Shown here piece by piece: positions 50,516-62,833 of a DNA stretch of 64,000 nucleotides. How positions within the stretch are numbered: position 1 is the stretch's first letter; the number at the start of each line of letters is the position of its first letter. The DNA is taken from NCBI GenBank assembly GCA_965113315.1, contig OZ220366.1; one strand, given 5' to 3'. The notes below the pieces were generated by a model. The model was not told the DNA's origin. It searched no databases and was given only the letters and a program-made list of their open reading frames with translations. This DNA is from Podarcis vaucheri. Lineage: Eukaryota. A program made the position numbers and the translations under genes.

Positions 50516-51566
50516 GTGAGTCCATTGCAGGAATATGGATTGCCACTACAGTGGTCCATAGCATTATCTACAGTGTTGTTTGCACCAGCTCTTTACGCTG
50601 GCCTTTGATAAGAAAGCAGTGTCCTTCTAGGCTTTCAGAAAGCCCTAGCTAGAGATGCTAGCAGTTGAACCTTAGTCATCCACATAAACAGCAGAGGCTA
50701 TACATCTCCCTTTAATGGTCACAAGAGAATTAGGTATTAATTCTAGCTTGTTTTCTTATCCCAAGTGAATTTGCCTGCTTTTTCTCTCTCAAATAGTACT
50801 TTATTGGAGAGAGGTATGAGGAAAAAATAATTTGGACATAATCCTCTTTTTTACCAAGTTTATTCTTCCAAGAAATTACAACTTTTAAGTGGGCCACAGT
50901 TCTGTCAAAGTTTTCATTAACACCATTCATAAAAATGTCCAGATTATATATTGTGTGTTTTTGTCCAGTGTTGTGCTTTTGGCAGCCAGGTTGTGCTTTT
51001 TTGGGGGGTGGGGATTTCTCCCCCCTTAACTGAGAGCACTTCATTTTTAACTTTATAGATTCCCACCCCACCACCAAAATGTAATTAAGTTGTCCCCATC
51101 TCTTGGTCCAATTTAGTTGGCTGAAGCATGACATTCTTTTCAGTTGGCTCACCCGAGACAACAGGCTGGCACTCCCTGTTGTTAGAAGCTATGCCCTCTT
51201 ATCCTAATTGCGTACAGCAGGAATTGGGAGGTACCCACAGATACTGTAAGGAAGTCACCGTTCCCAGTAATGAAGTGCCACTCCAATGACAAAGAAAGCA
51301 TCCCAGAATGACTACTGCTTGGAAAGTCAGGCTGCTTTTTATTTTGCTTACTTAAAACAACGTCAGGCTTTTAACATCGCAACACGGGCTATAGGGAACG
51401 TCTCTATGGAGTGAAAATCCGAGACTTCACATCGGACATGGAGACTGTGACATGCTCTTGGATTTTAAAATTCAGGAGTGTGTGTACTGTAAATGAGATT
51501 AACCCTTGATATCCTAAATTAATGAGAAAGGGGTTTTCTGTGTGAAATGTGTGCCTGTCTCCTCAG

Positions 51567-51738
51567 TTTGTTTTCCTGACCTACGTACTGGGGGTGGCCT
51601 GGCTTGGCGTCTTTGGCTTCTCGGCTGTGCCGGTCTTCATGTTCTATAACATATGGTCAACTTGCGAAGTCATCAGATCACTCCCAGCAAATATGACAGC
51701 TTCAGCGGACCAGATCTGTGTGGATATCAGGCAATACG
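51567..51738 (+). CDS. GPM6B: GPM6B exon 4 (FVFLTYVLGVAWLGVFGFSAVPVFMFYNIW..QICVDIRQY; TM3)
   Basis: CAG| acceptor, G|GTACTT donor, 172 nt. Confidence 0.98.
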
Positions 51739-53542
51739 GTACTTATTTTAATCCTGATTAAATGCTTTATCCTCTTTCCTTGTCCTATCTTCAACAGGTT
51801 TGTCTTAGCCTTATGAGATGAACCAAAAAGCAACCAAGTGTGGAGTCTCTGAACATGTCATTACTTTTTCAATTAATGCAGATTACACTGACCTCTTTCC
51901 AGATGCACCCAGTTTAACTGCATTTGGCAAGTCATTTATCTAAAGTGATTTTGTGCCTGTTATCCGCATTATGCTATCAGGCTTAATAATAAAACAATCA
52001 GCAAAATAAACTGCTTAAGCAAGCCTGAGCCCATCACCAAATAGTTTGAAAACCTACCATGCTAGTCTCCTGAATTTAGCTATATATCTGCATATTCTTA
52101 CTATTTCTGTAATAATGTGAATTGTGTATGTGCTTGTGCAAAGCAGTTTCATTTATCCTTTTGTTTTGAAATGGAAATATATTGTCAGAACAGTGTGAGG
52201 AAGCAACAGGGGTCTAGATTTGTGCTCCCAAGAATCACATATTATGGGACCAGATCTTTTTTACCTGATTAACATCACACACACTATGCAGTTGTTCCTA
52301 TCATTAGTGCTTATTTGGTGACAAATACTGTTTAGCCCCAACCCTCCCCTGGGACTGGGATTATTTGTGTGGGATTAGGAGTGAGGGACATAATCATCTC
52401 CAAAAAGGAAGGGCGATAGAACACAGGGCAGTTGAACACATAATAGAAGTTGAGTCAATTTACTTCTAGAAGTTCCATCCAGATTCCAGGTATTTTAAGG
52501 TTCCTAACATACTTCCTCTGGCATTGGCTAAAGAAGGATACAAATCTTTCAGAAAGGCCAGTGGAAATGAGATGTGTGGGGAGGGCACAGTAGAGGCGAG
52601 CCTGGGAAATAATGGGTTTTTATCCACTGCTAGTCCTTCTCAGAGTAAACCCATTGAAGTTAATGGACACAACTCACTTTCATCCAACTTAGTTGGATAC
52701 AAGCCAATAGAAGTACTTATAGAGATTCCAAGACAAAGTAGTTGTTCTCCTCTAGTCCTGCTGCTTCTGTGCTGCTGCGAGCTGTGCCATGACTGTTGAG
52801 TTGGCATGTTGCCCAAACCTTGGCTCATAGTTTTTCTCACTCCACATGGCTTAGTGCTCCACACACTTCTCCATTGTTTTATAACTCTGATACACATACC
52901 TACTGCTGTATAGCTCCCCCCACCCCCAAAAAAGGTCAAAGATGAATATATTTGATGAATATCTTCTATAGTGCAATATGTTGAGGTACTTTGCTGTCAC
53001 ATGATATACTTCCACCAGGAAGAAAATGGCCTGAAGATCAGTAATGAAGAAAAGGAACAGAGGCTTTAATAAGGCAATGGAGGAAGAGAGTGGCTTGCAG
53101 AGATAATTCTGAATAGCTCCTCTGCAATTGACCACAATTGTAATCTCAACCCACGAAGCTTAAGGCAGAGCCTGTAAAGATGCAAGCACCCTTTTCAGTA
53201 ATCCCTTTGCCCATTCAATAGAGTCAGGAAGCACAGCATATGACAGTGATTAAAAAGAAGAAGAGTGTCCATAGTGACTAAAACAACCATTTGTCCGCCA
53301 TATGGGAATCCTAGATCTGAGAACATCTCTTGGCAAGGAGACTCTCTCCTGGATGTAGAAAGGGAACACTGTTAAGTGATTTTGTACTTGCTGGTGCCAA
53401 CTCCAGATTGAACTGGTCAATGTGTGGGTGCTTGTTAAAGGAACACAACTTGCGTGTAGGTGGGGAAGGGGAAGGGATTTCAGAAGGGAGAATGACATCA
53501 GCTATCAGCTTTAACAATGGCTTTTTGATATTTTAACTTCAG

Positions 53543-53616
53543 GTATCATCCCTTGGAATGCTGTGCCTGGCAAGGCATGTGGGTCAGCATTAGCAGATAT
53601 GTGCAGCACCCCTGAG
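53543..53616 (+). CDS. GPM6B: GPM6B exon 5 (GIIPWNAVPGKACGSALADMCSTPE)
   Basis: CAG| acceptor, GAG|GTAAAC donor, 74 nt, proteolipid PWNA.PGK.CG motif. Confidence 0.97.
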
Positions 53617-54854
53617 GTAAACGAGACTACCGACACCCGGTGCTTGTCTTGCATATCTTGACAACTGGAATATATAAACAATTGGTCTGCTGAAACATTA
53701 ATGCTCATGCCATTTATTTATTTTTTTAAAAGGTTTCTTAATCATACAGAATGAATGATACAACATTCTGAGGATATAGGTCTGCACTACTTGTGAGGCT
53801 AAGTGGTTCTATGGATAGCCAGTTAAGAGAGAACAACAGTATTTCTCCTCCCACCCCTTCAGTAGCTGGAATACATAGTGCTGAAAAATTATTCCATCAA
53901 GCCACATCAGTTTTGCATAAAACACATCAATATGGTAAACACTAGGATACAGCGTATAGATAAGTAATCAATGCTTAATTAATATGCCAGGCTTCCTTTG
54001 AATAAGGAACAACTGCAAAAGTAGTGCCCTCAGAATAGGCTGTCTCCTGTCTTTATTGCTAAGGCACCATGCTGACTGGGCTGTTGTGGTCCACAGCAGC
54101 TCTCTCCTCCTGATCAGTTTGTCTAACTGCATCTGAGTTACAGCGACAGGCAGTAGCACACAGCTGCCAGTTATAAAAGCACCTATTCCAGGCAGGTTCG
54201 GCAGGTTCGCCTTATTATGCTGCCTTCCATGTCATTCCATGCATGTGGGAAACCAGGGCGTACGCAGGTTTTTAAATGTGTGGAGCATCCCTCAGTTACG
54301 ACTGTGGGCTAGAATAATGTTAATAGAGTGGTGCTGATGGAACTGCCATGGTGGTGGCCCTAGTCTCACTCAGAATAATAATTTTGGATTTGTTCATTCT
54401 TTTCTCTTGGCTGGCATGGATAAAAATTGCCCTGAATAAGCTGCACATGAGGCGACCAGCATCCAGTTACTGAGGCTAACATTTCCCCCCAGTCACAATC
54501 AGAGAGATGAGTGCAAGTTTCCTGTATGCAGAATCTGATTCCCACTAGGCTTCTTCCATGGTATCATGGTCACACCTGTGTTCACAGATGTGTGAAGGAA
54601 CTTGGCCTTTAGGTACAACTGGCAGTGTTATGTTGCAGCAACACTGGCACAGACTCCTTGTCTGAATAGCTTGAAGTGCCACAGGTTATGACATTGGACT
54701 TGCAGAGTACTCACTACGTCCCCTCAAAAATATTTGTTGGTGCAGTGGCTCCTGGAATCGGACCTTCCTCCACACTAGGCAGCCTCCCGAGAGTTATATT
54801 TGTTAATGTGCCATGGAGCTCCTAGGACAATGATTTTCCTCTTTACTGTTATAG

Positions 54855-54920
54855 TTCTATTTGTCTTACCACCTGTTCATTGTGGCGTGTGCTGGAGCTG
54901 GTGCTACTGTCATAGCCCTG
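54855..54920 (+). CDS. GPM6B: GPM6B exon 6 (FYLSYHLFIVACAGAGATVIAL; start of TM4)
   Basis: TAG| acceptor, CTG|GTGAGT donor, 66 nt. Confidence 0.97.
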
Positions 54921-55640
54921 GTGAGTACCATCATCCTCTCTCTCTCATAAAATAACCACGTATTCCCTTTTCAGATGTAATCTTTAAAATATTGTTTAAC
55001 TTAAACTAAGTAATAATTTTTGTGTTTGTTGGCACCTGATTGTAGTTTTCTCAGGATATTCCAAATAGCAGGCAAGTGCTTACATTTCCCAGTAAAGCTT
55101 TGCACCAAAGCAAGCTTTAAAATAGTTCTTTTGGTTTTGTTGTTTTTTGCTATTCGTTTACCTCCATCCTGTTGCATGGCCAATTTATGGCATTTTTGGA
55201 TATAGCTATTTTGCCATTAGTATGTAGAACTTCCCAGCATCAGGACACTTCAGAGGTTTCCTACCTTTGAAAATAGTTTTAATTAATACTCCTGTCTTTC
55301 CTTCCTTTAAGTCTTTTGGGGAGTATGAAAGGTACCTGAATGTACTGAAGCTAGTTAGTCTGATTAAAAACAAGACCCATTTATAGTCAACGAACTGTTG
55401 CAGCAACCTGCTTTCAATCTTCTGTTGCCAAATTCATTTAAAGTCATAATTTATCAATGTACTTCCCATTGAAACAACCAGGGGCCCTTACATAGCTTAG
55501 GTAAAGCAGAGCTAGTCATTTTTGCCATAGCTCTCATTGAAATCCGTGCCTGACACAGTATAAATTTTCACAAAGAACTTCCTAAAAGGCCAATAGAATT
55601 TGTTGTCTCTTATACGCTGTGTTTTGTTCTCTTCCACCAG

Positions 55641-55721
55641 CTGATCTACATGATGGCTACCACATATAACTATGCCGTTTTGAAGTTTAAGAGTCGGGAA
55701 GATTGCTGCACTAAATTCTAA
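55641..55721 (+). CDS. GPM6B: GPM6B alternative terminal exon A (LIYMMATTYNYAVLKFKSREDCCTKF*)
   Basis: CAG| phase-0 acceptor. Matches the recalled mammalian short C-terminus. AATAAA at 56098-56103 and 56344-56349. Confidence 0.96.
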   Translation: MIYMMATTYNYAVLKFKSREDCCTKF

Positions 55722-56985
55722 ATTGCATAAGCCCAGTAAAGAGCTGCACTGTGTAGCTTGAAAAACCACTGACACCCTAGACTAAAGAGTCTAGCTTTTT
55801 TGAAGTTTGTTACAGTAAATTGTAAATAGCTTCAGTAAGCATCTTTAAGCATTTTAGATTAATTCAAATTTATTTCTTGTATATGATTAATGATGTGGGT
55901 GAGAGCTGGCTATTTTCTATACTATGAGAAGATTGTTATTTTCAGTGATGTTGTAAATCATCCCTTTAAAGGAAGGAGGGCTTTCATTTAACATCAAGCT
56001 ATATTTTTTTCTAACAATCATCTCTGAAATAATTACTGGATCAATTAAGGGCCTGTAATAAGTTATTTTGTCTCTGCTGTTCACTAATCTGAAAAATAAT
56101 AAAGCATCTGTTCTACAAATAGATGGCACACAAGATACATGCTTGATTCTTGATAACTGTCAGTGCCTACCTTTTAGATTGTTGTCAAAGTGCTCTTCTA
56201 AAGTACCACACATTTGCCTCTCATTTTTACTGTATAACACCAGCCCTTTGGGTTTTTACTGGTCAAATGTTTTGAGAGACAAGTAATTAGGCTCATTGAA
56301 GAATACCCTTTTCATTAGCTGACATTTTCATTTTCCCCCAAAAAATAAAAAACAAAAGCCATGCAGTTCTCTAGCAAAAGCATGGAAACAAGTTCATTCC
56401 ACCCCACCCCTGGCCTATAAGAAATAGAAAAGATCAACTTTTGTGGCACAGGCTATGCGCTACTAACTTATTTGTCAGTGATCAGCTTCCAAAGTATAAC
56501 CATGCAGCACGCAAAGCAAACCCTTTTATATAGAAAGCTGCATTTTAGAAAAAAACAATTTTTGCCCCAGTGAGTATGGCGGGACACAACTTTTCTAAGA
56601 GGATAACTTTATAAAATTTCCACATTACAATTTTCCTTTACTCAAGAGGGTGGGGGAAGAAACAGGGAAAGGAAGAAACGATCACAGATTTATCTTGAGT
56701 TGCTCTTCTAGGCTTCAGCATGTAAACTTGCAATGTATTTTCAAAGCTTTTCCGTTTCTGTTGTTCTTTCGCATTAACTGCTTTTGTTCCTATTTCCTAC
56801 TAACTTTTGCCAGTACCTACTTAGTAGAATTAAGCATGCAAAATTCTAGAGATCTTTAGAAATAAGCCTCTTTGCCTTTTTTAATATTTAATAATGTAGA
56901 ATAACTTTTAAAAATTAATCTTACTAGCTGCCTGCTTTGCCTCTTGACATGCTCACTAGCCATCATGCTCACCCTTCTCTTCCAG

Positions 56986-57135
56986 ATACACTTCCTCATG
57001 ATACTGTCCTCTAACTGGGCCTACTTAAAGGATGCGAGCAAAATGCAGGCTTACCAGGATATCAAAGCAAAAGAAGAACAGGAGCTTCAGGATATCCAGT
57101 CTCGGTCCAAAGAGCAACTCAATTCTTACACATAA
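56986..57135 (+). CDS. GPM6B: GPM6B alternative terminal exon B (IHFLMILSSNWAYLKDASKMQAYQDIKAKEEQELQDIQSRSKEQLNSYT*)
   Basis: CAG| phase-0 acceptor. Matches the recalled mammalian long C-terminus. Confidence 0.97.
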   Translation: MHFLMILSSNWAYLKDASKMQAYQDIKAKEEQELQDIQSRSKEQLNSYT

Positions 57136-58712
57136 ATGTTTGCCAGAAGAATTTTGTAGCTCTGACAAATCATCAAGCAGCTGCTCTGCAGAACAGATGC
57201 ATGTCCAAGCAAATGCAGAAGTATAAAAACTTCACATTCATGCTCCTGGGCCATGATCATAGGGAAAATTTGCAGTGGATATCCTCCATTCCTTTAGCAC
57301 TGCGATTGGAGGGGTTTTTTGGGGGGGAGGGAGGGGAGAGAGGTTGTCTCTAGGCCACTTTAGAAAAACATGTTACCAAGTCAAGGATCTTTATGGATAT
57401 CTCTTGGCAATTATAAAAGAATTATTGAAGGAACACACTCCTTTCAAAACAGGCTACCACAGTTGGTATCCAGCCCTGCAATGACTAAAAGATTTTAAAG
57501 GCTGTATATAATTACACAGATGTAAGTAACTAAGATTCTAGTATGACTAGTTATTCCCTTTCTTCTGAATACTGATAGTTGTGCTTATTTGATACGGTTT
57601 CAGGAAGTTACAAATAATCTTATTCAGTCTCTGTCAAAATTAAAACTGGATTTTGTGGACTAAATGCCAGAAGTGTTATTTTCTGAGCCACTCCCTTTTC
57701 ATTGATGCTGTAATGAGCCACTGTTGTTCTACTGCACTTACCAGAGTAAGCTGGGCACTGTTGCCCAGAGTTTGTTTTCTTTTAATTTTATACCATTTGA
57801 TGGAATGTAGACAGACCTTTGGATCAGGATAATGATCCCCTTCTCAGAAAATAAATGTCAGCTTTGCCTTAATATTTATTTTCTATAAATGTCTGAAGCA
57901 TTTATATAGCAGTGGGAGATCATTATCATGTATTTTATCAAAGCAGAAAGTGTTACCTTGTTGAAATTATACTGATATAATTGTTTCAAGTGAGCAGATA
58001 ACAATTTGTAGAACATAAAAACCCATAGCCATACAGAGCACAGGTCAACCGCCCGTCTCAATTTTGGTGCTCAGCACGTTTATAGACAGTGCTTATTTGT
58101 TTTCTCTTTTAAGAAATTTGGTGTTCAGTAAAATATTGGGTGCCATTTTAAAAGTGTTTCCCACAAAATCTGCCTTCTAACATTTTCAGAAACATTCAGT
58201 GCTAGCTTGAGTACTAGTGATGGTATCTTTGGTGTTCTTTTTTAAAAATAAAAAATTATATAAATGTTGGAGAAACTTTTAAGTACATCAGTGAGTTTTA
58301 AATCAGTAAAAAAGTCAAGTCATACATCCATGTTAATGTGTGGTTTGATTAGTTTTGAACGTTTGCTGAATATTAACATGCTCCTGTAGCTCATACAGAA
58401 GTGTATAAAGATAAAGGAAGCACATGTTTCTTTAGAAAGTTTTTAAAGGAAAAAAATATTAATGTGGAAAAAACTTCAGGTATTACCTTGCATTTGAGTT
58501 TGTTACATGCCTAATCTGACTTTCTTTTTAAAGAGGCAAAATCTATATAGAGCAGATAAAAAATAGCTTAGTGTTTGTTTTTACCTGTTGCATGGAAGGA
58601 AACAAATTTCTACAGCAATGCAGGTGATGTTCTTACTAGTCCAGTGTTTGCATAAAGGTAACAGACAGTGTCTTAAAGCCTAATTCTTTTCTAATTCTAT
58701 GTAGCTATTTAC

Positions 58713-58893
58713 NNNNNNNNNNNNNNNNNNNNNNNNNNNNNNNNNNNNNNNNNNNNNNNNNNNNNNNNNNNNNNNNNNNNNNNNNNNNNNNNNNNNNNNN
58801 NNNNNNNNNNNNNNNNNNNNNNNNNNNNNNNNNNNNNNNNNNNNNNNNNNNNNNNNNNNNNNNNNNNNNNNNNNNNNNNNNNNNNNNNNNNNN
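58713..58893. other. Assembly gap (181 N)
   Basis: Run of N. Confidence 1.
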
Positions 58894-59901
58894 TTGTGTA
58901 TGCTTATTTAAGAAGGTTTTGAAACAGTTGTAGCAGTTTAGACAGCCATCCCAAAGCTAGTGTTTGGGTGACACATAATTGGAAGTTTTAGCATCTATTG
59001 AAAAAAATGGCAACCAATGGACATAGGAAGATAGATCTTTCCCTGCATCTTATCAAGATGTGATATCCTTCAGTGCTAGGGTGCCTCTGGACTGGGTCTG
59101 ACTTTCAAAAAGTGTGCGCATTATTTGGTATATGGATTTGCCACTATTAGTTTACCTTTGGGGCAAAAAACAACAATAGTGTATTTCACAGTTCAGGTTT
59201 GATACAGTTTGACATAAACATAAATTTGTTAGTTTCTGTCTTTTAAGAAATGAGAGCAGTCAAATTAGCAAACATAGATATGCAAAAGTGTTTTGAAAGA
59301 TGCTCATCTGCAAGGGCCTGTTCTCAGTAATTGATTTTGAATCAGAGTACTATTTGCTCAACTTTGTCTTAGGAGAACTGCTTGAGGCATGCCTGGCGTC
59401 TCTCATAAGCTCACTGCAAAAGTTTCCCATCTATAGTATGTTTCATTATTTTAATGCAGTGTGGTCAAACTACACGAAGCCAGGATATAGTTCAACTTCC
59501 AAAATCTCTGGCATTTCAACAAATCAGGTGCCATCGATTCAGCTGTACCAGCATTTCCCACTAATTACAAAGCTTGTAAAGTGGGTTAATTCTTTCATCA
59601 CTTTCCCAAGGAACTCTCCTCTAAAATGAGTTGATAATATGATTCAATTTTAGTGAGTTCAGACACAGTTGCCCCACTTTTTCAGGCCAGTTTCATACTA
59701 TGACAACCATTTCCAAAATTTAAACATCATAATAGTGTAAATCATCGTTTTCAATACCATGTACTTTTAATAGGAAGTAGTCCCAATTACAAGCACTTAA
59801 TTTTTAAAGTGTGCTTGACTGAACTCTTGCTGATGCCCTAGTTTGTTTTTAAAGAGTAGCTAAAGGATGTGCAGCAGCAGGAAATTGTAGCGTCACTATT
59901 C

Positions 59902-59907
59902 AATAAA
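59902..59907 (+). terminator. GPM6B: Candidate distal poly(A) signal of GPM6B (others at 57850-57855 and 58247-58252)
   Basis: AATAAA hexamers downstream of terminal exon B. Which one is used cannot be seen. Confidence 0.4.
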
Positions 59908-60086
59908 GTCAAAAGCTGCTTAAGCACATTACCCCAAAACTTAGATGTCTAAACACTGTTTTCATTCTAGAGCTCTGAGCTATGCTTATATAGACAGCTG
60001 GTCAATCATCTGTAAAGTCTGTAATATAAACTCTGGAAGAAAATATTTCAAATAGATTTAAACACAGAATTTTCTATGACTGACAC

Positions 60087-60179
60087 TTTATTTTTAAAAA
60101 AATATTCATTTGTATAACAAGGTAAATCAACCTGATTTGATTGTTTCCCCCACTGCCTCTATAAAAAGCTATCTTTATT
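60087..60179 (-). terminator. OFD1: Candidate OFD1 poly(A) signals
   Basis: TTTATT on + (AATAAA on -) at 60174-60179 and 60087-60092, about 250-340 nt past the OFD1 stop. Confidence 0.55.
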
Positions 60180-60426
60180 GTACTGGCATATTTTAAACAC
60201 GTAAAATTGGTTGTTCAGGTAGGAAGCAATTCTCTGAAACATTGTTTCAGTAGCACTGAGAGCAACTTTGTGCCAACAAGCAGCAATGTTTCATTTTTAG
60301 TATGTTTTTCCTGAATTATGCAGATGGCAATATTCCAATGTTCAGAATCTCACCCTAGTTTGTGGTGCTTCCTCTGATGGAAAAGAAGTCCACTTCTCTG
60401 GTCAAGTAGCCCCTGCTAATTGATAT

Positions 60427-60478
60427 TCACCAGAAATCATCATCAGGCTCTCCATGAAGAGTGGCTGCAGCACTAAAG
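60427..60478 (-). CDS. OFD1: OFD1 last coding exon (S-FSAAATLHGEPDDDFW*)
   Basis: TTCCAG| acceptor completing a phase-2 Ser codon; TGA at 60429-60427. Resembles the human end SHEELDDSW*. An in-frame alternative AG lies 6 nt downstream. Confidence 0.85.
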
Positions 60479-60928
60479 CTGGAACACAGATAATAATGAA
60501 TTTTGAAACAGTCTAATACACTTCCTTCCTCAATTCTCATCTACCCTTCCCTCACACAGCATACACATCAAATCATAAGTCCCCCAATCATCTACAGGAG
60601 GTTTTTTTAGGGGGAGGGATAATTTGGACACTTACAGGGATGTGGTGAAATCTCCTTCCCCAACATCTGCTATCACAAACAATCTATAAATAGAGACCTG
60701 CTCAAATAAACTTAGTATGCAATCCATTCTTTTGACATTTGCTTTAAAACTTTAACAAATCTTAATTCAACTGCAATACAGTAACGATTACCAGACAAGT
60801 GTAATTAGTATGCAATTAAAAGTGTTTAATGGAAAGGATTTGTTTTAATGCAAAAAGGCCCCACTTGATAAAAAAGCAAAAATAAATAAATATGAACCAT
60901 ACATGTCAAGCACTAGCAAGATACATAC

Positions 60929-60990
60929 CTGTCCTCCTTCCCACTACCTGAGAGTTTCTCAGAAAATACTTCAGCTTCTTTCTTGAAGTC
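60929..60990 (-). CDS. OFD1: OFD1 penultimate coding exon (DFKKEAEVFSEKLSGSGKEDS)
   Basis: Pyrimidine tract plus TAG| acceptor, AG|GTATGT donor, 62 nt, phase 0-2, joins both neighbours in frame. Confidence 0.82.
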
Positions 60991-62668
60991 CTAATAGAGA
61001 AAAGAAAGTTGTTACTGGTTGCTTTTGTGTGGTCTCCACATTCCATTGCTACTCAAAAAACAGGAATATGATTAGGTACTTAAAATTACCCTAAGTGCTA
61101 TACAGAGAGTAGAAAGGACAGGTCACTGCCATGATGCATTATCATCTAACAGATACAATGCAAAAGGGAGGGAATGAAGGTGAACACACACATTCATGTT
61201 CTAGCTTGTACATGGCAAGGTGGAATGGCTGCTGGAGTGGGGCAGTTCTAGGAGTGAAGGTGCTAAATGGCAATTGGTCTTCTTTTCTCTCTGCTTTCAA
61301 CCAATTGAAACAGCCACTGATAGAGACACAATCTTATTGATTGCAATGGGTTTTTTTGGTCTTTATTTCAAAAATAGCATGCTTATGTCTGAACAGCTTT
61401 GTAATAGAATTTGTTATCCGAAATTTTAGTTTGGCATATTTCACGTGTCCTGTTATTGGTTTTCTACCATAGTATGACCTTTTCCAGACAAAATTTTGTG
61501 GTCTAGGTCTGTGGGTAATCTTAAACCTGTATGTTTAAACTGTTTAAAACCAGAATGTACACACTTAAGTATTTGCCCACTATTTTTTCTAGTATCATTG
61601 CCAAATTCAAATGATCTTGTATTTGTCAAAAGTGATCAGTGAATAAAAGATTAAGAAAGTAGTTTGATGCAAGAATTTGTATGTTACAAGACCAAGTAGA
61701 GATCACTGTACTGCAGCATGATGGAATTATAGTGGTATCACTGCGTATTACCAATTCAAAATGACTAACAGAGATCAAAGGCAGAACAGATGTGGGGAAC
61801 CTCCAACTGTTACTGTACTACAAATACCTATTATTACTGACCACAGACCGGGAGTTCAACAGCATCTGGAGGGCCACAGGTAAGCCACCCCCACAGTAGC
61901 AAATGATAGCGCTTTCCAGTGATTCGTTCAGATTGCTTACAGCATTCAGTCCTAGATATTGTGATGCACAGAGAGGATCTAACATTCTACTGTTCCTTTT
62001 TGAATTTGATATCATACAGCAAAAAAGTGTAGCTATAAACAGCAGGTTTTGCCAAGCTGAACTCAAGTGTGGCTACTAGAAATTTATTGTATATGCATGA
62101 AGCATGACTCATTAAGCCAAAAAGCTATAATCAAGGAAGTATGATGGCTTGGAATCCGTCCTTGTAAGCTAATCATTAATTCAGCTGAAGATGGTTAATT
62201 CTGGATAACCGCAAAGCAAACTGCAAAAGAATCAGCTCAACTGCAAATATCCACAAGGTTTGCAACAACAATCTAGTACGTTGGAAATTTTTGTTGGTTA
62301 TTAACCGAAATAATTTGGCAATACACTATTAAATGACCTCAAGTGGGGGAAACATAAGATAGACTTTATATCCCAAGTTTCTGATACAACAAAAGCTAGA
62401 CCTCAACATTTTAAATTAATTAGATCTTGTTCTACTCTTTAGTTGGTTGTGTACATGCTATCTTGCATGCTTGCTTGTCCAGTGTGAAAAAGACAAAGGA
62501 ACTACTGAGATTGTTCTTGGAGTACATGAGTTCCAAAACTAATACATCTCAGGTGCATTAAACCACCATCTTGCTGATGCTAAGCACATCTGTTTCAAAT
62601 CGGAACCTAGATGGGAGACCTCCTATTAACCACAGGACATTAGATGCAATAATAATGGACAACATCAC

Positions 62669-62833
62669 CTCATTTGCAAACTCCTGCTCCCGATTCTGCT
62701 GTATTATTTTCATGTATTTTTCCAGTGGATTAGGAATAGCATCGCCACCATGCTCTTCAGACTTTGAGATAATGGTTTCCAAATCTGCCACATCTTCATG
62801 CTTTTTCTCAGTTTCCACTGACTCTTGCATACA
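62669..62833 (-). CDS. OFD1: OFD1 third-last coding exon (CMQESVETEKK..NPLEKYMKIIQQNREQEFANE)
   Basis: NPLEKYMKIIQQ is the OFD1 C-terminal motif. GAG|GTGATG donor. The AAG| acceptor is less certain. Synteny with GPM6B. Confidence 0.9.

Noticed and set aside
50516-50608. Reading frame continues 30 codons past the exon 3 donor, at the position where PLP1 gains its PLP-specific insert
   Set aside because: It ends in a stop with no convincing in-frame downstream donor and no similarity to the PLP insert.
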